Source of the DNA: Bilabrum cf. latius
Taxonomy: Eukaryota
NCBI GenBank assembly: GCA_965178125.1
Contig: OZ237759.1
Span: 806,001 to 870,000 of the forward strand
Direction of reading: 5' to 3'
DNA: 64,000 bases
Below, in pieces: positions 48,624 through 62,296 of this stretch (its first letter is position 1; every line of letters starts with the position of its first letter). The notes under the pieces were generated by a model, which worked only from the letters and a program-made list of their open reading frames with translations, did not search any database and was not told where the DNA came from. The position numbers were made by a program, and so were the translations under genes.

Positions 48624-48804
48624 TACCAACCTCAAGACATTCTATCCGGATACGCCGTATAAGTTAGCAGTGCTAACTTAGCACAACGACTGACATTTTT
48701 TAGTGAAAAAACAGACCAGTTGTCGAATGCCTTTTTCTAAAGCAATCACAGTATTCATAGACCATGATTGCGTGTAGCAATCGACACGCCTCGCGATGCG
48801 ATGC

Positions 48805-49213
48805 TCAGTACCTGTAGGTGGCGGGCTTGAAGGGACCCTCCTTGGGCATGTCCAAGTACTTGGACTGGTCGTCCGAAAGCTCGGACAGCTGCACGCCGAG
48901 CTTCTCAAGATGCAGGCGGGCGACCATCTCGTCGAGGCGCTTGGGCAGCACGTACACCTTGCCGCGCTTGTACACGGGCTCGCCGTCCTCGCCCTTGGCG
49001 TCCTTCTTGGTCCACAGCTCGATCTGGGCCAGGGTCTGGTTGGTGAACGAGTTGCTCATCACGAACGAGGGGTGGCCAGTGGCGCATCCCAGGTTGAGCA
49101 GGCGGCCCTCGGCCAGCACGATGATGCCGTGGCCGTCAGCGAACTGGAAGCGGTGCACCTGGGGCTTGATCTCCACCTTCTCGCAGCCGGGCTCCTTGTA
49201 CAGGTGCTCCATG

Positions 49214-49244
<31 letters not shown>

Positions 49245-50913
49245 CGATGATGGCGTTGTTCTTCATCTTGCGCATGTGGTCGATGGTGATGATGTCCTTG
49301 TTGCCGGTGGCGGTGATGAAGATGTCGGCGTCAGACACCACAGTCTCCATCCTGAGCACGGCGAACCCCTCCATGGCGGCCTGCAGGGCGCAGATGGGGT
49401 CGATCTCGGTCACAGTCACGATGCAGCCGGCGGCCTTGAGGGCCAGGGCGCAGCCCTTGCCCACGTCACCGTAGCCGGCCACCACGGCCCGCTTGCCGGC
49501 GAGCATCACGTCGGTGGCGCGCATGAGGCCGTCGGGCAGCGAGTGCTTGCAGCCGTACAGGTTGTCGAACTTGGACTTGGTCACCGAGTCGTTCACGTTG
49601 ATGCAGGCCAGCAGCAGCTCGTTCTTGTCCTCCATCTGGTAAAGGCGCTTGACGCCGGTGGTGGTCTCCTCGGACACACCCACGCACTTCTCGGCCATGC
49701 GGGTCCACTTGGTGGCGTCCTCGTCGAGGCCGGCCGCGACGATCTTGAGCACGTTGCGGAACTCCTCGTTGGTGGTGCTCGAGGGGTCGGGGCGCTTGCC
49801 GCTGGCGGCGAACTCCTTCTCGGCCTTGACACCCTCGTGGATGAGCATGGTCATGTCACCGCCATCGTCGACGATGATGTCGGGGCCATGGGTCTTGCCA
49901 TCGGCGCCCTTCCACTGCACGGCGTCCAGGGTGCACTGCCAGTACTCCTCGATGGTCTCGCCCTTCCACGCGAACACGCTTGAGGTCTTGGCGGCCACAA
50001 TGGCGGCGGCGGCGTGGTCCTGGGTAGAGTAGATGTTGCACGAGCACCACCTGATCTCGGCGCCGAGGGCGGCCAGGGTCTCGATCAGCACGGCGGTCTG
50101 CACGGTCATGTGCAGGGAGCCGCTGATGCGGGCGCCGGCGAGGGGCTTGTCGGCGTACTTGCTGCGGCACGCCATCAGGCCGGGCATCTCAACCTCAGCA
50201 AGCTCAATCTCCTTGCGTCCGAAATCGGCAAGGGCGGGGTCCGCGATGCGGCTCTCGATCTCTCCTGCACCAAAAGGTAGGAGGCAAGGGCAATATCAAC
50301 GCTTCGATGCTTCGAATGTACCTATGCAGGTCAAAACAATTCCTTGCGAGCGTTCAACAATCAAAAGCTCTTGGAGATTACAGTAGTCTTCAAGTAGTAG
50401 TGTCATGAAAGCGAATAGGGACGTTGATCCGCGCGACACGAATGTGAACAGTGGTTCCAAGAAGGAACACAACTAGTCAAGATGAAGCCGTAAGGACTTG
50501 ATGCCGAGGGCCGCGTCGGCCAAACATCTCAACATTAAAGTAATTTGACGTAGAAAGTAATCACCACAATGGGCTCCACCGGGCGGACATCACGATTCTC
50601 GCGGGTATAATCACAATGTCAGATCGCCAAAAGGATCTTGTTAGCTGCGAATCGCTAATCCACCGCATAGCGCAGATACATGCCAACAACATTATATAAG
50701 TGCTTCCAAATTATGACTAGGCTGTTCACCAGGCCACAACAAACGTCGCCAGCAACCACAAACACGAGGACAAAATAGGGAAGACATCGACGTCAGATCC
50801 TGGCAGACCCCATACCTCGCCATATCGCCAGTCTCGCAAGCACTCAGCTGCTATAGCATTCAACCGTATACACCAAGTATGCAGTATACCTCACCAGCTC
50901 CAGCGGCAGCCAT
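48805..50913 (-). CDS. AHCY: Host adenosylhomocysteinase (short first exon inferred, intron of about 625 bp)
   Basis: [55 protein letters not shown]; no TAG in the 460-codon track ORF. Confidence 0.97.
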
Positions 50914-51292
50914 GATATCGATAAAGTACAAAAGGTGAGGCCCATGGCGCGACGACATCCTAATCTGGTTTACGACCCCAATATAACGTAAACTTAAGTG
51001 CTCAACGAAAAGCCCAACACTTGAAGCTAGTACCGTTTGTCCTGAACGTACCTGCAGTCTATCGCCCGTGACGTAGATACTATTGTAAGATTCAACCCCT
51101 AGACTCTGCTAAGAATTGTCCTAAAGGTTCGAAAAGACTAGTCAGGCGGTAGCGTTTGCCCTGACTCGAGTTTGGTGGTCTCCTGTATCAACATGACGTG
51201 ATATGGGCCCATCCGCTTCGCATGTAAGCATACAGAACATATGTTATGACCCAAGTTTACGCTGATCTCGCAGGAACTCGTGCGTCTCTACG

Positions 51293-53095
51293 ATGGCAGC
51301 GGTTCGATTTTCAGGGCCCTCCGGTTCAGAGAGCCTTCCCGGCCCCGCCAGGAAGTTCTACCGATCCATGGTGAATGGAGAAGTGTTTGAGATCGATGAG
51401 CGATACACTGGTCTGAAGTACATAGGCGGGGGCGCTTACGGATTCGTGTGTGCTGCATAGGATGCTGTGACGAAGAAGCGCGTGGCCATTAAGAAGATCA
51501 AGGATGTTTTCAGAGATCTGACAGATGCCAAGAGGATTCTGCGAGAAATCAAGTTGCTGCGTCATCTTGGTGGACACCAGAACATCATCTGGATTCTTGA
51601 CATCATGGTGTCGCCTCAGAAGCGGACCTTCCGCGACGTGTACATCGTCACAGACCTGATGGATACTGATTTGGCCCATATTATTGCCAGCCAGCAGACG
51701 CTCTCCGACTAGCACATCAAGTACTTCACGTACCAGATATTGCGTGGCCTGAAGTACGTGCATAGCGCGGGCGTGCTGCACCGCGACCTAAAGCCCCAGA
51801 ACATCCTGTGCAACGCCAACTGCGAGCTGGTCATTTGCGATTTTGGGCTGGCGAGGGCCCTGGGCAGGAGGGGTGGGGGTGACGGGCGGGGAAAAGGGAA
51901 AGACGGCGAGGGCGAGGAGGGCGACATGTACGCGGTGGGCGACCTGACGGCGTACGTGGTGACCCGATGGTACAGGGCACCAGAGCTGCTGGCGCAGGCG
52001 AGCTCGTACGGAGGAGCCGTAGACATCTGGAGCGTGGGGTGCATACTGGCTGAAATCCTGGGGCGGCGTCCGCTGTTCCCCGGCCGCCAGTTCAAGCAGC
52101 AGCTGCAGATGATCGTGGACATGATCGGTACCCCCTCCGACGAGGAGATGTGGTTCATCCGCAACTCGGCCGCCAAGCGGGTCATCCTCAGCATGGGCAA
52201 CCGCACGCAGGCGGACTACAGCAAGATGTTCCCCCACGCAAACCCAGAGGCCGTGGACCTGCTAGACAAGATGCTCCGTTTCGACCCCAGCCGCCGCATC
52301 ACCGTCGAGGAGGCCCTGGCGCACCCCTACCTGGCCGACTACCACTACCCAGACGACGAGCCTTCTGCGCCCGCAGCCGTGCAGTTCGACTTCGATCGCA
52401 TGGGCAGGCTGAGCAAGCCCTTTTTGCAGGCGCGCATGGTGGAGGAGATGCGCGCACACATCGAGGCACACGGAAAGGCGGCCGCCACGCCAGCTGGGGA
52501 CGGGGACGCGCGGGTGGCAGCGAAGGAGGAGGAAGAGTCTGCGCGGCGGGAGGAGGAGGCTAAGGAGGCGGAGGCAGGCCGCATCAGAGCGGAGGAGGAG
52601 GCGCGCCGGGCTGCAGAGGCAGCCAGGCAGCAGGCCGCCTCGTCCGCGCTGGGGGTGCTGGGAGGCGGGATGCCCCAACCGGCCACTGCCGCTGCACCCG
52701 CGCCAGCACCATCACCAGTCCCCGTTCCGGCCCTCACGCCGGCTGGTGGTGCAGGTCCCGATGTGGTGTCCCGCCTCGAGTCAGCTCTGGACCGCAAGGT
52801 GGCCCAGCTGGAGCAAGCCATGCGCTCCACTGTGCACGAGGAGGTGGAGCGCGCCGTGACTCCTTCAAATGCTCGCTTAGATCGCTTGGAGAGAATGGTG
52901 GAGGCCCTTGCCGCAGGAATGGCGGCTGGATCGACTTCAGCCGCATCATCGGGTGCGGCGATCGGAGGAGCCGCCGCGCCCGGGCGGGGGGTGAGGTTTG
53001 TGGATACTTCGGCGGAGGCCTCCGATGGAGATGGCGTCGGCAAGCGCAAGTTCCCTGCGACGCCCCTACCGCCCAAAGGAGAGCGCGAAGTTTGA
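51293..53095 (+). CDS. Host mitogen-activated protein kinase
   Basis: [43 protein letters not shown]; two TAG read through; start approximate. Confidence 0.93.
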
Positions 53096-53220
53096 TTTGA
53101 ACCGTGTTGCATCACCAAGTTCCCATTTATGTTGAGTACGTCGGGCGAGTTGAAGACGCAATCCACCAAAACAGAACGAGACGAGATAGTACGTACTACA
53201 CTGTGTACTACAGTGTGTAG

Positions 53221-56200
53221 TCAAGCAATGCCAAATGCAGCGCGTGCCGCGGAAAACAGCTCTGCTACGAGCGGATGGCCAAAAGCGGAAGTTAGTGCGC
53301 GTTTGCCGCTGCTCTCGGCACTGAGCATCGACACGAGGTGGCTGGGGTGCATGCGATCCATAAGAGCTTGCACGCACTCCAGGTTGCCCCCTTGAGCCGC
53401 GGCGTGCAGAGCAGTTGGTGGCGCGTCGCCCTCCCGACCCTCCAGGTCTTCACCGGGCAGCATCGGGTCGGCCCCCATCGCCAGCAGCGCCTGCACTGTG
53501 CTCAAATGTCCTGCGCGGGCTGCGCAACAAAGAAGGGTGCGTCCCTTCGCATCTTGTGCGTCGAAAAGACTGCTATACTGCATATACGGCAGCCTAGCCG
53601 GGGCCCGCACGACTCCTCCCTCCCTGGGGACGCGCCGCCGAGCCGCTGCTGTGCTGCCGTGGCACCCGGCAAGCACAGCCGGCAGCACCGCAGCAGACCC
53701 CAGGACCAGATGCGTCTACAAACGACCAGCTGCTGCAGCCCCAGCCCCGGCTGTCACAGCCACCAGCTCTCTGACACCAGGCTGTGCCAGCTGCAATGCA
53801 CTGCGATGTTCCCCCGGCGGCAGAGCGCACACAGCCAGAAGCGCATCTTCTTTCCCACCCTCCTCATCTTCTGGCTTAGTAGTGCCTCCACCTAGGTCTA
53901 TGGCAGGCAGCAGCACCAGGTCTAGCAGGGTGCTCGTGGCCCCTGCCCCGGCCAGCTCGTGCAGCGTGGGCCACTCGCCCCTCAAAGCCCGGTGAGTCAG
54001 GGGCATGAGCATGCCCTCCAAGCAGGGCGTGCCACAGGTCAGCGTGTCTGTCGGACGCCAGCCCATGGCACCGCCGCATGAGGGGCATGCACCGTGCACT
54101 GCACCGACAGCCACCTGCATGGTGCGTGCCAGCTCCCCCGACAGCCCACTGACGGGCGTCCACCTCGACTGCCTGGTTCCGGTGGATCGGGGACTCAGCA
54201 AAGTGCCGTCCTCTCGAGCGGGAGTGGACGGCACGGCCGAAGCACTCTCCACAGGTGCGGGGTCCAATTCCACCTAAGTAGAGGACTTGCCTACTGCTCC
54301 TTCATCTAGCTCTGAAGGTGCCACGCAACGGCTCATCACATCGGCTCCGTGCTCGACGTCCTGGTCATTCCACACGGCAGAGGCCACCATATGCAAGCGG
54401 CAGTGCTATCCAGGATCACAGCACAGCACCACTCTTCCCCTGGCGTGTTCCCTGTCCCGGAGGCTCCCGTGAAGGTCTAATAAGGCACCCTCCGGGGTGG
54501 CGTGCGGCCCTGTCAAGCTGCAGTCACTGGCCGGGATACCCATTGCCACTAGGCTCGACAGCATGCGGGCATCGAGTGTGTCAGCCTCTGAGCCACCCCC
54601 ATCGCGCGCCTCGCCCGAATTCCTGGAGATGCACGCCACCAAGCAGCAATCGAGCCTTCCCTAGGCCGCTCTCTACGCAGTCCCAGCAACGGCAGTTGCC
54701 CGTTGTGCAGGCCGGGCATCTCCCCACCTGCAGTCGGCCAGTACGACGAGGTGCACGGGGGCAGCGGGTTTTCGGCTAGTTGCCTTCGGACTGTCAGCCG
54801 CAGTCTCATGATTGGTTGATCCTACTGCCCTAGGCCTCGGGCTGGGGCATTTCTCGTCAGGTCCACCTCTTGGGGTCGAGGCCCGGGTGGAAGCTGGCGT
54901 GGTCGTGTGCACGCTGCCGGTATCTTGCGATATCGAAGACTTACCTGCCTCGCGCACCTGCAGGGCACTAGCCCCAACCCTCTCTGCTGCCGGCACAAGC
55001 CGATGCAGGGCCCTGCCACCTCTCTGGGTCGCGGCCCGCAGCATGGCAGCTTCTGTTGAGAGCCCCATTAGCGGCGTCAGGTGCTGCCTGGCCTTTTGAG
55101 GGATAGCCAGAGATGTGGTGCCTAGGGAGTGCCCGGGCCTCGGCCATGGCGACCCGTGGGCCAAGCCCCGGTGGGGTGAGGCTGTGTCCACAGTGACGCG
55201 GGCCTCACCGTGGAGAGGGTCATCTTCTCGCTTGCTGCCAGCCCGCCCCCCTCCAGAATCCCTCTCGCTTCCTGGGCTCCTCGACCCCTTGCCTGGTACA
55301 CCCCGCTTGCTGCCCCTCGGCGCGCGCGGGACAGAGGGTCCCTTCCAGCGCACTGGATCCACCCTTATGATTCCACTCCCGCTGGCTGTGGCGAGTGCGA
55401 TGGAGCCATGCCCAAATCTGATGCCCTTGCCTCCCAGCGCGCCGTCCACCAGGGCCTGCAACACTGCGGGGTGCGACACTACGGCAAACACTGGACCCCT
55501 GCTCGACACGGCACGTGGCTTCCAGTCAGTAGATCTACTTTCCGGTGATTTGTTGCCCCCGTGCAACCCTTTCAACCAGCGGCTGGGACTTCCAGGAGGT
55601 GCCCCTGCCCCTATCCTGGTCCCCACTCCTGCCCCCGCCACTGGCGATGCTACCGCGCCCCTGTTTGCACTCGTAACGTGCTGCGAGGACAACCAGGATT
55701 GAAGGAACACCCGGGCTCCACGCAGCCGATCGCCGTATTCATACTTGGACCTGGGCTGCTGCACCCTCCACCAAGGGTCCTGTACTGCAGTAGGGTTCAC
55801 CACGCGCTCCCGCAGCACAGGGGCTGCCACGGGGCACGCCTCGAGCTCGTCCCGGGTGCGCCCCACGTCCTACAGCCGCCTTGCCTCACTGATGTCTCTA
55901 ATATAGCGTTTTCGAGGCATAATGTCCTAGCGCATGGACCGCAGTCGTTGTTGCAAGACCTCGTCTGCCTCCTACCAGTGCCCGCCAGCCCCGGCTGCAA
56001 CTGCAGCTGTGGGCGACCTGCTGGCCGCAGCCTTCGAGTAGCCGCGGCTGTCCAAGTTGCTGAGCCGAGGAGCAAGAACAAAGCGAGTTGATTGTGGAAG
56101 GACTGCGTCTGCAGTCTGCAAAGACCGTGTCAGCGGTGAAACGACTGCAACGAGCGGGTCTTCCCATTCGCAGCTAGCAAGAACCTGACGGACAGCCTCG

Positions 56201-56415
56201 CCAGCCTAAATAGCCCGGGTTGCGCCTGATTGCGATAATGGTGGGTCAATGTTAGACCCGCGGTACTCAGCACGGCCTGAAAGGAGTTCGTCGACCGTCG
56301 CACCGCTGCCACAAGACAGCAGCAGAACCTTACGGTGCAATCTCGTAGGTTGGCTTAGGCGGTGACGCCCCTTTCCACCACTGCCCAGGCCTATGAATGA
56401 TTGTTTGAGACTCAT
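53221..56415 (-). CDS. Host multidomain protein: degenerate histidine-phosphatase-like region, UBA-like segment, ankyrin repeats (about 1064 aa)
   Basis: Five track ORFs fall in one frame separated only by TAG; DPPLS, VSPLTRSLQTA, VVSHP; LSSLVAMGIP; GRTLLCCAARAGH, TALHAAAQGGN. Confidence 0.65.
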
Positions 56416-57536
56416 TTGACGGGCCGAATTCGCCCGAATTCGGACGGATGTATTGCAATACCACGATATGTGTGTTCGAGTCGGGCACCCCGGGGGCCCC
56501 AGGAGACCGGAAGTAATTTTCGTGGTTGCGCAGAGCGTCGCTCTCTTGGACAGGAGTGGCAGTGGGAAGATAGGCTCAAGCGGGATATGATTGTGGTTGC
56601 TCAAATTTCCTGGAGGCAGTGAGAATCAAATGTGAATACCTGTGTCTGGTGTGAATCAAGCCATGCAGGAGTGCATGACCCCGAGACCTTGCAAGACTCC
56701 CGCATAGGTCACAGTCAGCTGGTTTCTGTGCTGCACTACAGCCACAAAGACAGCTGAGGTGCTGCTCTAGTTCTGCGCTATCGTGCCACCGTCCCCGAGG
56801 CGGCGTGCACTCCTTGGCCATTGGCCTCGCGGCACGGCTTAGTTTGTATGCCTCAACTAGTGATGCATGCAGAGGTGAACTGTTCGCATTTTCGACTATT
56901 ATTGCTAAACCATATGAGGCAAGGATCTGTGATCTCGCACAACGGACACTTGTATGTCGTTCAACACCTATTTTACAATTGCCAAGCAGGCCTTTGCCAC
57001 ACGCCAACCGAATGGCCTACCCACCCCACCCCCCAAAGAAGGACTCCTCAGTTGATTTCTCGCACAGATTTGCTAAATTCATTGCCAAATACCGTCTGCG
57101 GGAACGCAATCTAAAGCGCCGGATTGAATGCGAGCGTAGCGATACCCTATCGTTGCTTATGCCTCGGGTTCATCTTGCAGCTAACGTAGACCTTTTTCCC
57201 TCGCTTGATCATCTTGCAGTGCTTGCAAATCTTCTTAATGCTAGTCTTTACTTTCATGATGGGAGCTAGCAAGCAAGTTTCCTGGTGGCTAGTACTGACG
57301 TCGTTGCTCGCCCAAATCAGTGCGCCCTTGGTCTATATGCTGATTAGGCGCAACAACTAAGTAGATATCGGTTCTAGGCTACCTAAGCGAGCCACCAGAC
57401 GCCGGCAACAGCAATCTGTCCTGGCTTGTCGACTGTATACCGGATCCCGAAGTAACGAGTATTTCACTGCGCCCTGGCTCGCCGCGTGTCTAAACTCCCA
57501 AGAATCCGGTCAACTCATCGCATCTGTGCGTAATTC

Positions 57537-59971
57537 ATGGCAAGTCTAGTTAGTGAACAAGTTTCAGAGGCTCGAACTTCCCTCGTGGCGGCATGCAATT
57601 CTATCTTGACGTTATACCCGAAGAATGTTGCTGTGGGCGCGTACAAGTACGGCACGGCAGGGTTTCGCATGGAACAGTCGCTGCTTGATAGACCCGTTGC
57701 GATGTCCGGTGTTGTGGCGGCATTACGAGCCATTACGACGGGGAAAGCCACCGGGGGTGAGTCTGTTAGCCTACCGAGCTTATTGCTTTCGCGCGAGTTC
57801 GCAGAAACTGCATGGAAACCTTTTCTTCGTTAGCACCCGCAGTCATGATCACAGCGTCGCACAACCCACCAAAAGACAATGGCGTCAAGCTGGTAGATAT
57901 CGATGGGGGGATGCTCAGCCCTGAGTGGGAGAATGTTGCCGTAGCTGCTGCGAATGCATCTTCAGATGCAGAGATGCGATCTATTGTTGTAGCAGCTGCG
58001 TCGGGGCGCGGTATGGACTCAGTCGAGAAATCAACAGATACTGCACTCTTGCTGGCACTGGATGCAGCCGCCCGTGCAATCGACTCTGGCCTTGCTGCGC
58101 TGCCAGCCGGCGCGCCCGTACCGTCTGCTGGAGCCAAGCTCGGCCCGGCAGGGTGGAGACCCGCACTGCCAATCGTCGTGGTGGCCAGAGATACGAGAAA
58201 CAGCGGGCCCAGGCTACAAGCAGCGTGCGAGGCTGGTGCAAGTGCCGTGCTGGGCCCCGTGTGGGCCATGTCGACTGGGGCAGCCAAAGCCGCAGCAACC
58301 GGCGGGGCGGGCAGTGCAGGAGACGCCCCGGCCGCCGGGCCTCTGCTGTGGGACCTTGGTGTCGCGCCCACGCCGGCACTGCACCACGCAGTGCGAGCAG
58401 CCAATGCACCCCCGAACTCTGCCCTGCGCGTGCACGCGGACTCGGCCGGGTACTGCCGCATGCTGGCGGGGGCTATGCGGGACCTGGTGCAGGGGACTCG
58501 GTCGCGATTCGACACTTGGGTTCCTGGATCAGGAGCAGAGGAGAGAGAGGAAGAGGAAGAGGAAGAGGAAGAGGGAGAGGGGGAGTCTAAGACGAGCGGG
58601 ATGCAGGCCGCTGCAGGTGCTGCGTCAGGGGACGGGTCGCTCTCGAGCACGGACAGGCAGACCGTCGTGGTCGTGGACTGCGCGGGGGGGGTGGGCGGCG
58701 TGATCGCGCCCACGCTCCAGGCTGCCCTAGATGATGAGGGCACTGGCCTGCGACTGGATTGCCGTAACGTGCCCTCGGAGCAGGAGGAGGCGGAGGGCGG
58801 CTTCGACACGGAGGCCTTGAACGTGGACTGCGGGGCTGAGCACTGCCAGAAGCAGCGCATGCCGCCTGCCGGCTTCCATCCTGCCGAGGCCGCTGGTGCA
58901 TCGGGAGACAAGGTCGCTGGGGTGGATGTGGGCGATCGATGCGCCTCGCTGGACGGAGACGCCGACCGCATCGTGTACCACTACTGGAGGGAGGCGGGGG
59001 CGGGGATGGGATCCGCAGCCGGGGCTGCCGCTAGCAGTGGTGCAGGTGCCGCCCCCGAGTGGCGGCTGCTAGACGGCGACAAAATCGCGGTGCTGCTAGC
59101 GGCTGCACTGCGGGGCTGGCTGGCTGACGCAGGCGTGCAGGTGGTGCCAGACCCGGTGCCCCGGGAGTGCTACGGGGGCCGCACCTCCCCCTCCAACCCG
59201 ATGGAGGACCCAGAGGGGTTCGGGCTGGCAGGGGCCGTGGAGAGCCACCTCAGGGCGTGCGGGGAGAAGAAAGAGCGACCCCAAGTGTCCATGGGCGTAG
59301 TGCAAACTGCCTACGCCAACGGAGCTTCAACCAGATACCTGGAGAACGACGTGGGTGCCCCCTTGCGCACCGCCAAGACCGGGGTCAAGCACCTGCACCA
59401 CGAGGCCGTGCGGTTCGACATCGGCGTGTATTTCGAGGCAAATGGGCACGGCACTGTGCTGCTGTCCCCTTGGGCTAGGCAGCTCTTTGCCGCGCTTGGG
59501 GGCGCCTCTGTTGGGGGGGATGGGGACGGAGAGGGCAGAGCGGCAGTGGCGAGGAGGCGGCTGTCCAGCGTGCGGTGGCTTGTGAACCAGGCCATTGGGG
59601 ACGCGTGGTCTGACCTGCTGGCGGTGGAAGGTGTGCTGCAGGTGCTGGGGAAGAGCACGGAGGGCTGGGACGGGAGCTACGAGGACCTGCCCTCGAGGCA
59701 GTGCAAGCAGCCAGTCAAGGACAGGACCAAGCTCGTGCCTCGGGCGGACGAGCGCAGGCTTGTGGAGCCCCCCCCGCTGCAGGAGAAGCTGGATGCACTG
59801 TGCACGGAGACGGGAGGGGGCGCCCGTGCATTTGTGAGGCCCTCTGGAACTGAGGACGTGGTGCGAGTGTACGCCGAGGCGAGCTCCCAGGAGCAGGCCG
59901 ATGCACTTGCGCTGGCAGTGCAGCAGGCCGTGTTCGATTTGGCGGACGGAACCGGGGATAGGCCGGCGTGA
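57537..59971 (+). CDS. PGM3: Host phosphoacetylglucosamine mutase (one intron)
   Basis: YGTAGFR, MITASHNP, SLDGDADR, VQTAYANG, YFEANGHGT, FVRPSGTEDVVRVYAEA. Confidence 0.95.
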
Positions 59972-60742
59972 CGGTGCGCACAATCTTTCATCGAGCTGAT
60001 GTGCTGGATTCTTACTTCCAGTAATCACGTGTTGGCCAATAGCATTTTCATTTCCCGCTAGACCAAATAGCATCAAGTGATGGTGTCTTACCGAGGCGGT
60101 CCCGCATCTGGCTCGACTCTACACGTTGAGTCGTCATAACATTCAGGCTCCTCTCGCCTTGGTCAGGGACAGGCCCAGAGTGCGGGCAGCAGGCTCCGGA
60201 AGAGGGTCAGAGGTCAAGACTGCCGGGGCAGCGCTCAAGAAGCATGGCATGCTGGGCTTTTGACGGGCTCATGAGCCACACAGGGACGCTGGGAGGGTGT
60301 TCCGGGTACCATGTGTCGGCAGACCGATGGAGCTAGAAGAGGCTACGATTTGGTAAGCTGGCTGGCGGCTGGAGCTAAAGAGCACGGTGAACGGGTGAGC
60401 TGAAGGTGGCACTGCTCCGGGGCCGCTACAGATGCGCTGCTATCCTCGAGGGTACGTCGGAGGGAGATGGGCTGCAGGAGGCCAACCGTGACGGGGGGTA
60501 GATTGTCTAAGTTGTAGCTGGTGAGGTGGGGATTGCAGCGGAGGGATGGAGGAGACGGGGGGACCTGAGCCAAGGGTGCACGGGGAGGGGGGGGGAGGCG
60601 GGGAGGCGGGGGGGTGGAGGTTCACCACCCAATAAGGCGTTACTGTACAACTATCTAGTCATGTTGGGTTGCACTGCACTGCAAGCGACTAGGAAATCCA
60701 GATTGTGCCTCGCCACTGCAAGTACGCAAAGAATACTCCAGC

Positions 60743-62296
60743 ATGTCTGCAGATATTGCAGTTGGACTGCTGGCAGGTATAACTGCCACCTTCGCTGCTC
60801 TGAAACGATCGGGAATTCCGAGATTATCCGCAGCACCACGTACTTCTGAACAGCCAACATCTGTGCCAGCTTTGGAGCCTCGAACAATAACTGGCAGAAA
60901 TCACGGCACCATTCGCCGAACTGTAATGCAAGAGTTAGATGGCATGAGCGTGGATCAGCTCAAGGAGCGGGTTGTCAAGGAGCACCTTGCGCGGGTTCGG
61001 GGGGCGCAGGATTCTCGTATTGACATGGTATCACTGTACAACGAAGCCGGTTGGCCAATGCGAACGATTGGAAAGGTAAAAAGTGGGTTTTCAACTCGCA
61101 GAGGAACGCCCCGGCAGGCGTTGCTGTGTCCTTCGGTGCGGGCGACGATTGAGTTTGAATCATGGGTGCAGCCAGGCTGTCTGGAGCAGCTGGGGCATTT
61201 CTCTCATGTATGGGTAGTATTCATTTTCCACGGGAATACAAATGCTCATAAGCAGACTAAGTTTCGGCAGAAGCAAAGCGGCAAGTCGCAGGCCCAGCGC
61301 ATGAACGTGTCTGCGAAAGTGTAGCCGCCAGGTGCGTACGGGCAGAAAGTTGGCGTCTTCGCCACGAGAAGCCCCCATCGCCCGAATCCTATTGGGCTCT
61401 CGCTAGTCCGCATAATGGGGGTGAGTCGTCGCAGCCGCCCAAAGGGCAAGAAGGGCGCCGCTGCCGAAGCGTCGGACGGCTGGAGCCTGGCCGGGAGCGG
61501 GCCCGTCCGGCTGCACCTGGCTGGGTGCGACCTGATCGAGGGCACGCCAATCATCGATATCAAGCCGTACCTCGGCCCCCCGCTGGACGCTCCTCTGGGC
61601 GCGGCTGGTGGGCCCGAAGGTGCCTCAACCGCGGGCCCCGATCACGGCGCCTCCACCCCGAATACCACTTTCGCTCCCACGCCTCCGTACCGAGTGGCTC
61701 CCTGGGTGAGATCTGGCCTGCAGGGAGATGCGAAGGCCAGGGGTAGGGTGGTGTGCGATGTGCACCTCCCTTGGGAAGGTGGCTTGGAGGCAGCAGCAGC
61801 GCCCTCGATCGAGCTGCGACAGGCGGTGGCAGTCCTGAGAGAGGCACCTGGATACTGGCGAGGCAGGCATCATGACGGGCTGGAGGACTGGCAGGAAGCC
61901 GTGCGGGAGCTGCTGCAGCTAGACATTAGGTCTGTGTGGCAGGGGCGCGGGGGAGCTAAGAGTGGGGAAGGCAAGGGCAAGGGCAAGGGCAAGGGCAAGG
62001 GCAAGGGCAAGGGCAAGGGCAAGGGCAAGGGCAAGGGCAAGGGCAAGGGCAAGGGCAAGGGCTAGGACGCTGAGATGGAGCAAGGGGGGAGCCGCACAGG
62101 CAGCTCTGGGTCTGGCAGGTACCAGGAGTATGAGCTAGAGTACGATGGAGTAGGGCTGTTCATGGAGTTCACAGAGGCTGCCAAGAGGACAGGCGGGGAG
62201 AGCAGACCGCTGGTACGGGTGCAACAGGTGCTGCCGAGAGGACTCCCGCGCTCGGACGGAGCAGCCACTGGCGGTGCAGCGCGGGGGACCCTGTGA
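60743..62296 (+). CDS. TRMO: Host tRNA (adenine-37-N6)-methyltransferase TrmO/TsaA-like
   Basis: RRGTPRQ, FSHVWVVFIFH, AKV[TAG]PP, GVFATRSPHRPNPIGLS, DLIEGTPIIDIKPY. Confidence 0.9.
61970..62062 (+). repeat. Coding microsatellite (GGCAAG)n, about 15 units, poly-Gly-Lys
   Basis: Directly visible. Confidence 0.95.

Noticed and set aside
50268-50894. snoRNAs or a regulatory structure in the long AHCY intron
   Set aside because: Some hairpins and box-like words are present but I could not establish a consistent C/D or H/ACA layout by eye; needs Infernal.
46133-60076. Long antisense and alternate-frame ORFs over nicastrin, AHCY, MAPK and PGM3
   Set aside because: Shadow ORFs expected from high GC3; no independent motifs.
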